Positions 1-11,300 of a DNA stretch of 55,758 nucleotides are shown piece after piece. Position numbers and translations under genes: made by a program. The notes below the pieces were generated by a model, which saw nothing but the letters and a program-made list of their open reading frames with translations, was not told where the DNA came from and searched no databases. Origin of the DNA: a virus (Duplodnaviria; Caudoviricetes); IMG/VR virus record IMGVR_UViG_3300030085_001335, positions 1 through 55,758 of that record. One strand, given 5' to 3'. The number at the start of each line of letters is the position of its first letter. Within the stretch, counting starts at the first letter, position 1.

Positions 1-100
1 ATACTATTGATGTTTCTGTTGAAGTTGTTGATGTAAAAATTAATAATCACGAAGAAAATACTGATAGCCGATTTAATCCAAGGATTTCTGCTGTAGGCGA
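1..100. repeat. Direct terminal overlap (copy 1); circular assembly junction
   Basis: Bases 1-100 match 55659-55758 except position 99 (g) vs 55757 (a); the reading frame continues across the junction. Confidence 0.95.
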
Positions 101-3098
101 TCCTGTTTTAGTTGAGGGTAATGCACCTGGTTTTGGAGGTTTATTTGACCCCACTTTTAATTACGATCTATTTGACTTTGGACTAACATATCAGAGTGAG
201 GGTGGTCTTGTACAGGATTCTATAATTAACCCTACATCTGGTAATGGATCAACTCTAAAAAGAAATTTTGATACTGATTCATTCCCAAATGCCGATACAC
301 TTTTCCCTACTGATTTTTCTGTAATTGATTTATCTCCTATTCAAGGATTTAAGTCTGGTGCTTTGCACCCTTTAGGAATTATTTACAAAGACAAGTGGGG
401 TAGATCTTCTTTTGTTAACAAGCTAGGGTCGGCTTACGTTGGATGGTATAACGACCACGATAGACTTAAAGAAGGTGTTTTTAAAAGCCCTGGTGAGACT
501 ATATTAAAAGGAGAATCTTTTGATGGTCCAGCATCTATTAATATAAAATTCCAAAGTGGTCCACCAGCATGGGCTGAAGCATTCCAAATTGTATACCCAG
601 GTAATTCTCTAACGGATGAGTTTATACAGTACTCTGCTGTGGGTGCTTATGTTGCTAGAAAAGGAGACTTTGAAAGTAATGCTGGAAGTACATTTAGAGA
701 GATTGACACTGAGTCAAAAAGAATATATGTTAGCTTTGAGACTTTAGATATATACAGAGATCAGAAGAATACTGTTAGGGATTACTCGTTTACTGTTGGT
801 GATAAGCTTAGAGTTAAGTCCTCAGCACTCCAATTCTCAGCAACAGCTACAGAACCAACAGACGCATACTTTTCTGCAAATGATGGGAGTGTCATTGAGT
901 TTGATGTAGTGGGGGTCGAACTGCTTACCAACGATGTAACCAACCCTATAGCATATAACACAACTAGCCCAGATGATCCTCATGGTCAAGTGGATGCTAT
1001 GGACAAGAGGTTCATGGGTAAGTTCTTAGTCTTAGAGGCTCCTCATATTGCAGGTGGAGCAGTGTCAGAAAATGGTGATCAGATAAAGTATGGGGGGTTT
1101 GATTGGTTCAGCATAGCTTATGAAAATACTATAGCTGGTACAGCTGTTCAAATTCCATATCCAGATGGGACTGTTGTTGAAGAATCATTGAATCATTGGC
1201 AAAATCAAATTATAGTAGAAATATACAATCCTAAAAAATCTACTTCTACTCAGTTCTACTATGAGATTGGTGAGACTGTTATTATAGATAGGAGGGTTAA
1301 CCTTGATGTGGTTGATTATAACACATTTCATGGACCAAACCTTGTGTTAGATACTGGTGATGTACACTACAGACCAGTAGCCTGTAAGACTGCTGATTAT
1401 CGTGATGAGGATGGCGCTGGAAACACTGATGGATCATTTGAGTTTAGGTGGTATGTAAAAGATGACTGGGTATACAAAACAAAACTGCTTGAGGACTTTA
1501 CTCCTTCAGATATTATTTCTGAAAAAATGTGGAGCAAAGGTAGAGCACATGTTGAGTTTAAGAATGCAGCTACAGTAAGAAGATTTAACGGACTGACTTA
1601 CAGTGATGCTTATGCAGAAGATGTAGCTAACCTGTCTCTATCTTCCTTCAATGCAACCCTTGCTAACTTTGGTTCTTTGGAGTCTAAGTATGGAGCCATT
1701 AACTACATATACAACTATGGTAGTACAGGACAGCTTTTAGCACTCCAAGAAAACAAGTTTTCTTTGACAGCTATAGATACCAATATATTACTTGATGTTG
1801 CTGGTAGTGAGAATGTAGCTCTTTCTACTAAAGTTATAAACGCTACAAAATACTTTGTTGGTGACTACGGGTGTGGTGATCATCCAGAGGCAGTTCTGGT
1901 TTACGATAATGATGTATTCTTTGTTGATGTATCAAGAAGGAAAGTACTGAGAATCTCTGGTGGTCAGATGGTTCCTATATCAGACAAAGCTATGTCCTCT
2001 ACTTTCAATGACATCTTTAAAGCTTGGGAGACAAGTTCAAATACTTTATACCCTAGATCAAAAACAAGAAAGATAATAAGTGGTTATGACCCAGATGAAG
2101 ATACATACTATGTAACCTTCTATGCTGAAAGACCATTATTAAACTACGTTCAAGACGCAAACGATATAAACGGAGTAGGTTCTGGTAATGATCAGTTTAC
2201 AGATGTATACTCTGAGATTCAGTTCAATGGGTACACTCTTAGTTATGATGTTGAAGCAGGTTATTGGCAGTCAAAGCACTCTTTCATTCCTACTATATAC
2301 TCTAACCAGAATAATACAATGTACTCATGCAGATATGTTCGTGACAATTCTGATCAAGGACTGACTGACCAACTAACACCACTCTTATTCCACAAGCACG
2401 ATGATCTTTTAGATGGTAATGGTGAACCTATAAATAGAACTGTATTTTACAATCAAGACACAGCAGTGTCTGACTTCACTGTAGTATCTAACCCATCACC
2501 TAGTTCGGTAAAGATTTATGATGCGTTGTCTTACGAGGGTACAAGTCAACCAGATAAAGTGTCTATTAGATCAAGCAACGGAAGTGGTAATGATAACATA
2601 GGTGGTTTGACCTCTTCAGACAATGATATAGGTCAGTATCAATTTGTAGAGAAAGAAGATTCATTCTATATTACTTTACCTAGAGATACTTCTGCTAACA
2701 GCACTTCTCAGTTTAGCGGTTTAGGTGTGTGTACTGACATAGGTGTAAATGATGGTGGTGAGCCCTTCATAACAATTCAAGGATCTCTTATAGGTATACC
2801 TATACCTGCTGGAGCTAGGTTATCATTTTCAAATAATGGGTTTGCTCAACCTATTGGAGCATCAGAGACAACAGTCAAAAGGGTAGAAGGTAACAATATT
2901 TTTGTTTCACTAGCACCATTAGAGGAAATAGTAGATAAAGATATTATACTGCAATACAATTCTTACTTTGATGGTGACTCGATAAGAGGTCATTACGCTA
3001 CAATAAAATCTAATTTTAAAGACAGTGGTCTGTACGAAGTGTACTGCGTCAATGCGCATGTAACGAATTCACCGCTACACCACGCCAGTACTAACTAA
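1..3098 (+). CDS. 3' part of junction-spanning tail nozzle/stabilisation-type protein (full gene 53747..55658 + 1..3098, about 1669 aa)
   Basis: Frame is open from base 3 to 3098 and in frame with the ORF starting at 53747. Motifs FKSGALHPLGIIYKDKWGR, NLSLSSFN, YGAINYI, GDYGCGDHPE and FFVDVSRRKVLR are typical of beta-propeller tail nozzle proteins of Bacteroidetes podoviruses. Confidence 0.75.
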   Translation, partial: TIDVSVEVVDVKINNHEENTDSRFNPRISAVGDPVLVEGNAPGFGGLFDPTFNYDLFDFGLTYQSEGGLVQDSIINPTSGNGSTLKRNFDTDSFPNADTLFPTDFSVIDLSPIQGFKSGALHPLGIIYKDKWGRSSFVNKLGSAYVGWYNDHDRLKEGVFKSPGETILKGESFDGPASINIKFQSGPPAWAEAFQIVYPGNSLTDEFIQYSAVGAYVARKGDFESNAGSTFREIDTESKRIYVSFETLDIYRDQKNTVRDYSFTVGDKLRVKSSALQFSATATEPTDAYFSANDGSVIEFDVVGVELLTNDVTNPIAYNTTSPDDPHGQVDAMDKRFMGKFLVLEAPHIAGGAVSENGDQIKYGGFDWFSIAYENTIAGTAVQIPYPDGTVVEESLNHWQNQIIVEIYNPKKSTSTQFYYEIGETVIIDRRVNLDVVDYNTFHGPNLVLDTGDVHYRPVACKTADYRDEDGAGNTDGSFEFRWYVKDDWVYKTKLLEDFTPSDIISEKMWSKGRAHVEFKNAATVRRFNGLTYSDAYAEDVANLSLSSFNATLANFGSLESKYGAINYIYNYGSTGQLLALQENKFSLTAIDTNILLDVAGSENVALSTKVINATKYFVGDYGCGDHPEAVLVYDNDVFFVDVSRRKVLRISGGQMVPISDKAMSSTFNDIFKAWETSSNTLYPRSKTRKIISGYDPDEDTYYVTFYAERPLLNYVQDANDINGVGSGNDQFTDVYSEIQFNGYTLSYDVEAGYWQSKHSFIPTIYSNQNNTMYSCRYVRDNSDQGLTDQLTPLLFHKHDDLLDGNGEPINRTVFYNQDTAVSDFTVVSNPSPSSVKIYDALSYEGTSQPDKVSIRSSNGSGNDNIGGLTSSDNDIGQYQFVEKEDSFYITLPRDTSANSTSQFSGLGVCTDIGVNDGGEPFITIQGSLIGIPIPAGARLSFSNNGFAQPIGASETTVKRVEGNNIFVSLAPLEEIVDKDIILQYNSYFDGDSIRGHYATIKSNFKDSGLYEVYCVNAHVTNSPLHHASTN

Positions 3099-3106
3099 AA
3101 AAACGA

Positions 3107-3114
3107 TATATTTG
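3107..3114 (+). promoter_or_regulatory. Bacteroidetes -7 promoter box TATATTTG
   Basis: Matches TAnnTTTG; intergenic; 5 nt before ATG 3120. Confidence 0.65.
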
Positions 3115-3119
3115 CAATT

Positions 3120-3974
3120 ATGAATCCATATTTATTAGGAGTAACTGCCTTAGGCAATTTAGCAGGAGGAATTTTCAACTATAAACAGCAGCAAAAAGAA
3201 GTTGACAGACAGAAGCAAGCAGCTCAAGATGCTATAAAAGCTGAAGAAGCAAAAGCTAAAGCGGCTAGAGCTGGGATGCCAGATTTTTCTTTAGGTAGAG
3301 GCGCTAGAGATGCTTACATGAGATCACAGCAAGACAGAGCTGGTGACCTAGCGCTTCAAGAAGTTCAGAGAACAGGAGGTGATGCGCTTAGGGCTTTGGA
3401 AGCGGGTGGAGCTAGATCTTTGATGTTTGCACCAACACTGGCTAGAAAAAGTGCGATGGATACAGCTAATCAGTTAGCTGCTCAACAAGGAAGAATGGCA
3501 TTAGGGGCAGAAAAATTTGCAACTAAGGAGCAAAACATACTAGACAAGAATATAACAAATCAAAGAAACCTAGGGATGTATGATTACGGTCAAGCTTTAG
3601 GGAGGAAATTCCAAGCTGAACGAGCATTGAAAGAAGCTGAAGGTATGGGATCTGCACTTTTCTCTAATCTATTATCAGACAGCTTAGGGTCTTTCACTGA
3701 ACTGGGGATGACAGCTGCTGAGGCTTTTCCACTTGATCCTGTGGATAGTTTTGAAAATGGGGCTAAGATAAAAGAAACTCCAGGAGAGTTTTCACACAAA
3801 ACAAACCCTATCGACCTTATAAGAAACGGTAAGAAGATTGGTGAGGCTACAGGAGGGGAGTTAATCTTTAACCCAGAGCAATCTGGAAAGCTTGAACAAC
3901 TTGCATCTGAAGGCAGCACTGATCTACACAGATACTTAAAAGGATTATTTAAGAAGTTTAATACCAAGAAGTAA
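3120..3974 (+). CDS. Putative internal virion/ejection protein
   Basis: Gly/Ala-rich hydrophobic N-terminus and Ala/Gln-rich helical body; lies between the tail gene and the giant ejection gene; C-terminal GEFSHKTNP...GEATGGELIFNP segment. Confidence 0.55.
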   Translation: MNPYLLGVTALGNLAGGIFNYKQQQKEVDRQKQAAQDAIKAEEAKAKAARAGMPDFSLGRGARDAYMRSQQDRAGDLALQEVQRTGGDALRALEAGGARSLMFAPTLARKSAMDTANQLAAQQGRMALGAEKFATKEQNILDKNITNQRNLGMYDYGQALGRKFQAERALKEAEGMGSALFSNLLSDSLGSFTELGMTAAEAFPLDPVDSFENGAKIKETPGEFSHKTNPIDLIRNGKKIGEATGGELIFNPEQSGKLEQLASEGSTDLHRYLKGLFKKFNTKK

Positions 3975-5374
3975 TGTCTACATATTCAATTCAACAGGGT
4001 CTGATGTCTACTAAAGGTTCAGACACTGGCGTTTATGGTGCGAGGCTAAAAGCATTTCAAGAAAACTATAAAAAGCCAGAGTTTGCAGAGATAGCTAAAG
4101 AGTTTAGTGATATAGTTAATGCAGATAAAATTAGAGCTGATAAATTTAAACAAGCTGCTCTTGGATCAAAAGTAAATCCGTCTTCATCAGAACTGTATCA
4201 GTCTCAATATGTATTCGCTAAAAACAAGTTTGATCTTCTTTACAGCGATGAGACTTTACAGCACTATTCAAAATCCCCAGAATTAATGCTTAGGTGGTCG
4301 AACTTAGTTGATGAGCTTTCTGCAGAGATAGATTTATTCGAGGGTATATATGAAGACTCTTTTGGAGACATGAATAATTCTACTGGAAAAGAACCAACAT
4401 ACGCTGGTGGCGTGGCAAGAATGAACCAAGCAGGGAGCAATCAAGCGTATTGGGAAAGCCAAGGATTCGAAGATGTGTCTGGTAAAGATACTAATGAAAC
4501 TATGAAGTTGATTGATCAGCCGTTGCATTATAATATGACATTAGATTTTGAGAATCATTCCTTTAATTATGAGTCAGACTATAAATATATATTAGAGCCA
4601 CAGTCCCCAGCCTTTGCTTCAGAGCTATTTGGTTACAAATTAAAACCAACCAAAGTATTATCTCCTGCTGAGTATGCAGTTAAGACAACTTTTGAGAGTG
4701 CTTTTGAAACAGGAGAAGAAGGGTTTGGCGATTTTCTTAAGAGAATGCATACTGATCCAATGTATTTGAGGTCATCTATTGCTCAGTACATTGAAGACAT
4801 GGATGTAGATGATTACACTGTGGATGACTTCATCAATGGTAATGTTTCTAATGACCACGCTCCTCTAGAACAAATTCTATCTGGTTACGACACGAAGGTG
4901 ATAAATGCATCAGCTGAATTTGCTGAACAAAAAAAACGTAAGAAAAACAAAACTACTGCATCTGAAAAAGCCAATCAAAAAAAAGCGGACTTACTAGCTA
5001 CAACTCTTAAAACTATGGCTGATCAGAGCAGTGTAGAATATACTGATATAGATGACAATTCTACTACGGGTGACATGAAAATTTTTAATCTACTCACCAA
5101 GTCTATTTATATTGAAGACGGAGGGGAAGAATTTAAACTGAAAAGAATAGGTATTGACGATGAGGGTGATCTATATGCTTACTTGATTGAGGAAATTCCA
5201 GATCCAGATCCACAATATGCCACGGTTAGACCTAGAGATGTCCCAACAATAGAAATTGGTAGGTATAAGGAAATAGAAGCTGGAGATAATATTACTAATC
5301 AACTTGAATCTGGTTTAGATGCACTATACGGAACTGGTGCTCTTAAAAAATTCATAGACAAAGCATTAAATTAA
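3974..5374 (+). CDS. Putative internal virion/ejection protein
   Basis: 466-aa ORF with TAATG coupling to the upstream gene; middle gene of the three-gene ejection cluster by synteny. Confidence 0.45.
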   Translation: MSTYSIQQGLMSTKGSDTGVYGARLKAFQENYKKPEFAEIAKEFSDIVNADKIRADKFKQAALGSKVNPSSSELYQSQYVFAKNKFDLLYSDETLQHYSKSPELMLRWSNLVDELSAEIDLFEGIYEDSFGDMNNSTGKEPTYAGGVARMNQAGSNQAYWESQGFEDVSGKDTNETMKLIDQPLHYNMTLDFENHSFNYESDYKYILEPQSPAFASELFGYKLKPTKVLSPAEYAVKTTFESAFETGEEGFGDFLKRMHTDPMYLRSSIAQYIEDMDVDDYTVDDFINGNVSNDHAPLEQILSGYDTKVINASAEFAEQKKRKKNKTTASEKANQKKADLLATTLKTMADQSSVEYTDIDDNSTTGDMKIFNLLTKSIYIEDGGEEFKLKRIGIDDEGDLYAYLIEEIPDPDPQYATVRPRDVPTIEIGRYKEIEAGDNITNQLESGLDALYGTGALKKFIDKALN

Positions 5375-5383
5375 AATAAAAGC

Positions 5384-8300
5384 ATGAACGAAGAGTTAAG
5401 GCGAATAATAGAAGAATATAATTCAAAGGGTTTTAGTTCAAACAAAATTGCTAACCTTTTGATATACTCTCATGGTATAAAAGATGTAGATAAACAACAG
5501 CTTATTTACATCGTTGATGAGTACAACGCTGGATCGTTGGAGCAAGAACCGCCTCAACAAGAGTCTGATAAAGAGTTAAAAAAAAAAGGACTTGGACAAG
5601 TAGACGGAGAGGTTTACACGTTATTGGGTGCGGAATCGAGTTCTCAAGAGCCTTCTGTGGACTCTACTTTGAGCTTGGATCCTTTAGACTTGAACTTGGA
5701 ATCCGACTTAACTCAAAGAGCTGACGTTACATCACAAGCACCACCTGCTCTTGAAGACCTTCAAGCTAGACCACAAAGCTTTGAGGGAGAAAACATACAA
5801 TCTCTACGCCAAGAGAGGCGTGATTTGGCTGCTGAAATAGAAGCTAAGTCTAAAGAAATATCAAACCTTAAACAAAAGACACCAGATGAATTTGTTTCTG
5901 ATGAAATAAATAAAGCTAAGTTAGAGGGTCTTGAAAAAGAACTTGATGGTCTTGAGGCAGACAAAGAATTCTCTTTGCAGAAAGCAAAGATAAAAAGGGA
6001 AGAAGACTTAAGGTTTTTAGAAGAAAAAGTAAAAGAAGAAGGATTAAGATGGGGGGATGTCCAAAGTGATTATCTAAAAAATGTTGAGGACTTTGATAAA
6101 ATTCAAGACCTTATAGCTGAAAAGAAATCTCAAATTTCTGAAATAGAAGATTCTGCAGAAAGATTTGCAGCTAATGGGTTCGGCAAAAAAGAAAACATTC
6201 TTGCTCTACAGCAGAGTAAAATAGATGAGTTAAACAAAGAGATAAACACTCTGCAGTCAAAATCAGATGATTTTACAGAAAGAGTAGAATCTGGATTGTA
6301 TATTAAAACTAGGAGTGCTTTAAAGAATGTAGCTGGAGGAAGATTTTTTGGGGCTACAATGACTGAAGACGAGGCAAGAAGTCTTGCAGAAGAAGTGCAA
6401 CTCTTAATGAATGAGCCGTCTGTGACTGTTGATCAAGTTTATGAATCAATGGTTAAAGATAACCTTGTTATGATAGACAAGGATGCTGTTTTTCAAGATA
6501 GACTTTATTACGACTTAGGTGTCGCACGTTACGACAAGGAGAATCTTTATAAAGTTGATTACAGAAAAAAAGATCTATCAGATCAATTCAAGATATCTCA
6601 AGAACAATTTTCTGAAAACACAGATGAATACTTATCTAAGGTCCCAGTTGAGCTAAGAAACTTTGAGGACGCTAAGAGTAAGTATAAGTCTATGTATAAC
6701 GTAGACTTAAGTGAAAGTGATTACTTAGATCTTGTTTCTTTTTGGAACTATAGAGATACTGCTTTAAATGCTGTAGAGAATAACGAGTCTATAGAAGATT
6801 CAATAATTAAAGACTATAAGGATTTAATAAAAAACTCAACAGAAGAAAACCTGCAAAGCAATTACTTCAAGTTCTTAAATCAAAACAGACAAGAATTTAA
6901 TCAATACAACAAGAACATAGACATCTTAGGGTATGGAGATAAAGCAGAAAACATAATAGGACTGCTTAATAAATCCCTTAAAGATGATGTCTCTGAAAGC
7001 ATATCAGATGCTTTATTCGCCTATAGAGACAGTGATTACAGACGTGGGTTTGACATGGCAGCTCAAGACAAACTTACTGCATCTACTGTTGTTGAGAGAA
7101 TGTTTACTAAATTCATTTTAAATACAGGGGCAAATGTTCTTGATTACTTCGACATGCTACAGGACTATGAGAAAGAAGATGATGATAGTCCTTGGTGGAA
7201 CTTGCTTTACCTAACCCCAGCAGCTGGAGCAAAAGCTTTTGCGGATCTTGGAGGAGGTGAAGGTATAATCGACTTTCAAAATATTTCAACCAAGTCCAAA
7301 GAGATTGCACGAGGTATTGAAGAATATGATAGAATAAATATGGGGTTAACATTGACTGACTCTCAGAAAGAAATAAGTCAGTTAATAGCGGAAGGTAATT
7401 ATGGTGCTTCTGTGAAAAAGGGAGTTATAGGTGTATCAAATATAATCCCTCAAATTGCTTTGGTAATTGCTGCTCCAGAGTTAGCTATACCATTGTTTGG
7501 TGTGTCTTCAGCTGGTGGTATGTACTCAGAGATACAAGATCTAGACCACATAACATACGGAGAAAAAGTTCGTGCCTCTGTGATAATGGGTGCAGCTGAG
7601 GCTGCTACAGAATATTTATTTAGAGGTCAAGAAGTTGTAATTAAAGAGATAGCAAAGAATGTACTTAAAAGAAAAGCTCTAGGTAAAGGCATTCTAGATG
7701 AGGCTGCAAAGAAAGCAATAGCTAAGCAAGCCAATACGATGTTTAAGTTCAATCCAAAATCGAAGGGTGGGAAGATGTTCTTAAAAGGATTGCAGTTCCA
7801 AGAAGAAGGTGTTGAAGAGCTTATAGTTGATGTGGTTGATCAAAACATTACAAACTATCTAGAGAAAAAAAGTTTAAACGAAGAGCATTTTGATCTAAAG
7901 TACAACCTAGAAGATGCACCAAACTCAATAGTTAGGGAACAGATACTAGACGAGATACAAGCCAACAGAGAAAGCTACAGCGAGATTGGTTACAACATCT
8001 ATCAAACGATGGACTCGTATGGTCTAGGTTTAATTGGTGCTGGAGGACCTTTAATGCTTACAAGGTCGTTGGGGTATATAGCATCTCCTGGTAAAATAAA
8101 ATCAAGGATTCAAATATCTAAAAGGATTACAGAACTTGACAAGCTCATAAAGGAAGAGGTAGATATGGGTGAGAGAATCAAGTTGAAATCAGAGAAGGCT
8201 GAATTAATTAGGAAGCAGTTCTCTGATGTTGCTATGGATCAACAGCTTCTAGAGAAAATGAGTGAGGCTGATGTAGACGAACTTATAAAACTTAATCACG

Positions 8301-11300
8301 AAATATCTAAAGCTAGATTTTCATCTAGAAAACTTAGATCAATGATTAACGAGAGCATGTCTCAAGAGGAGCAGGATAGGATTTATGAGTCTATAATGAA
8401 GAATGCTGCGAAAGCAAAGAAAGCTCTTGAGTCTAAGACAGAAATATATGACAGGTATAATACGGAACAAAACAAGTTAGATCAAAACTCATTGACGGAT
8501 GAAGAGTTGGCTCTTGTTAATGAGATTGAATCTTTAGATACTGAGATTGACACATTCGATTCTGTACCTAATAGCGATGGTTTTATTGATGTAACACTTG
8601 AGAATGTTAACAGCGTAATAGACAAGCTGTTATCATCGTCAATCATAAAGTCAACTAGGTTTTCAACTGCTCAGCAAATAAAAGATGGTCTTAGGAACGT
8701 AGCTAAGATTGTTAAAGAAGTAAAGTCTGCTGGTGGATCAGTTAGAATATTTACTAATAAAAAAGATTTTGAAAGAGTTACTGGTCAATCTATAGCAAGA
8801 GGTTTGCATACAGAGGGGAAAGGGAAAGACTCTATTGTTAGTTTGTACCTACCTGCCTTAAGAGCAAACACATCTTATCATGAGGCATTTCATGACATAG
8901 TATTGAGAAAGCTGGGGGCTGGTAAGATTCAAGAACTTGCTTTGTCATTAGCTAAAGCTATACCAAATGATCTTATCAGCAAGTATGTGACAGTGATGGA
9001 GCTTACTGAACAGCAACTGATAGACGTAAAAGACTTAAAAGGGTATGACCTCCTTAAGTATATTATCAGTGAAGATAAGGGTAGGGCTGAAGAGTTTCTT
9101 GTTGAGGTTCTTGCAGACATAAGTAATGGTGATTACTCCATCTCATTTAAGAATGGTCTTATACAGAACCTAAAAGAGTTTGTTGCTAAGTTCTTTGGCA
9201 CTACGTTCAAGGACCCAAAAATAAAGGATGTAGTAAGTGCTATTAAAACAGCTACAGAACAGCTAGCTGAAGGTGAGCAAGTAACAGCATTAGATGAGAT
9301 AGGTAGAGAAGGTGAGACAGAAGCTGATTCATCAAAAAGAAACAGAGCTAAGAAACAAGTGATAGGTGAGAATGCTGAACTAGCTGCTTACGAACTAGGT
9401 ATGTTAAATGAGGCACTCGCAATGGAGAAGGAAGGGTATACTTCAAAGGTAATATTCTCTTCTACTGGATGGGAGAAGGGTGCAGACGGAAAGTGGAGAA
9501 TGCTTATCACTGAAGGGATAGAAGATTACTACGATATAGGTTTAGATATACAAGAAGAGCTCCTTAATACTAAAATAGAAACAGGTTTTGATGAAGAAAC
9601 TGGGATGGAGATTGAATTTGGAGGAACGAAAGTAACTAAAAAAGGCGAAGAGGTCATACCAGAGTCTATATTAAATCTATACCCAGCTCTAAAAGATATA
9701 AATATAACATTTCATAAAGACGTACTTCCATTCGATAAGACTGGAAAGGTTAAAGGTCAATATCGCGTAGGTAGCTTTTTACCCAAAAAGGAAATAGACC
9801 CACTCTCCACCCTTATCGATTTAGGATTAGGTAATACCGTTATCGATATTGCTGTTGAAATAGAATATTTTGATTTAAAAAAGGGTGACAACATAGATGA
9901 TTACTATGAGTCAATGGGTTTGTTCCCAGAACATTCATTGACATTAGCTCATGAGGTTCAACACGCTATTCAAGAAATAGAAGGCTTTCAAGGAGGTGCG
10001 ACCATGAGCAGGGGTGAAACAGCACCTATGGTGTACTCATATCAATTGTTTAATGATAAAGGAAGTGATGCGCCTAAGGTAGAAAACATTGTTGTTGAAG
10101 AAAAGCAAAACGAGAATGGAGAAACTGTTTACTCTGTTGTTGACAATAACAATACAGCTGTATACAAAGAATATGGTGAGTTCAACACTAAGGAGGAAGC
10201 AGAGTCAGTAAGAGAAAAAGTAGTTGGTGATTTTAAAACAAAATCTGAACTGCTTACAAAACGATTCCCAGACTTTTCTATTGAATCAATGAAAGATGAA
10301 GAGATTTCTAGACAAGTAAGATATCTCTTTTATAAATCAATAATGGGTGAAGTAGAGGCAAGGTCTGTATCAGAAATGATGGAGATGACGGATCCTCAAC
10401 AGAGAGAATCTATGAGTCCATCAGAACTACTGGAGCTTGTTAATGATGGTGATGCAGTTATAATTCAGAGAGGTGTTTCAAAGAAGCAAACTATAGGTGA
10501 TGAAGGTTCTGATTCTGATTTTGATTTCGTTGATACGTCCATGGATCCTCGTCAAGATTCTAGTAAAAAGCTCAGACAAACTATTGCAACTGCTATAGAG
10601 AAATACCCTTCACTAAGAGAAGAGATGCTGGCTAATCCAGATAACTACATAACTCCTCAGAATCTAGAAGAACTAAGAGCTACTCTTAACGATGAGAATG
10701 TTACCGATGCTGATCTTATCGACATGATGACAGATGATGGTTTGGGTAGATTGCAAAACAGAAATGATGACTTGGCTATACTAGCTCTTAACGAGTTGAT
10801 AAACAGAGCCTTAGATGCAGGGGACATGGAGGCGGTTAGTAAATACGAGACAAACAGGGCTCAGATTGGAACGACTGCTGGTAGGATGCTCAGACATCTT
10901 AGAGCATTGAAGTCAACAACACCTTCTGGTTTATTAAGACAAATAGAATTAGAGATTTCTAAAAGAGGTAATACTATCACTGATAAACAACGTGATAAAT
11001 TGCTAGATAAATTAACTAACGTAGTTAAACTGAATAAAGACTACAAAAAGAAAGCACTGGAGTTAGCTAACATGGATACTGTTAACGACCAGATTGAAAA
11101 GGAATTTAAAGATCTAGAGGAAGAAATATTCAGTGCAGAAAAAGATCTAAACATATATCTTCAGAATATAGTTGAGAAAAGTTGGGGGGAGATATACAGA
11201 ACTCTTCAGCAGGGTAATTTGATTACTTTTATATCTCAAGGAGCTAACATAGGTGGTAACATTGTAAACATATTCGGTGATTTTTGGGTGAGCGCTATAG

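Noticed and set aside
363-365. Start codon at 363 for a 911-aa protein
   Set aside because: The frame is open back to base 3 and joins ORF 53747 across the circular junction.
10517-10534. Virion RNA polymerase catalytic motif in the giant protein (DFDFVD)
   Set aside because: Does not fit DFDxD/DxDGD spacing and lies in an acidic low-complexity linker.
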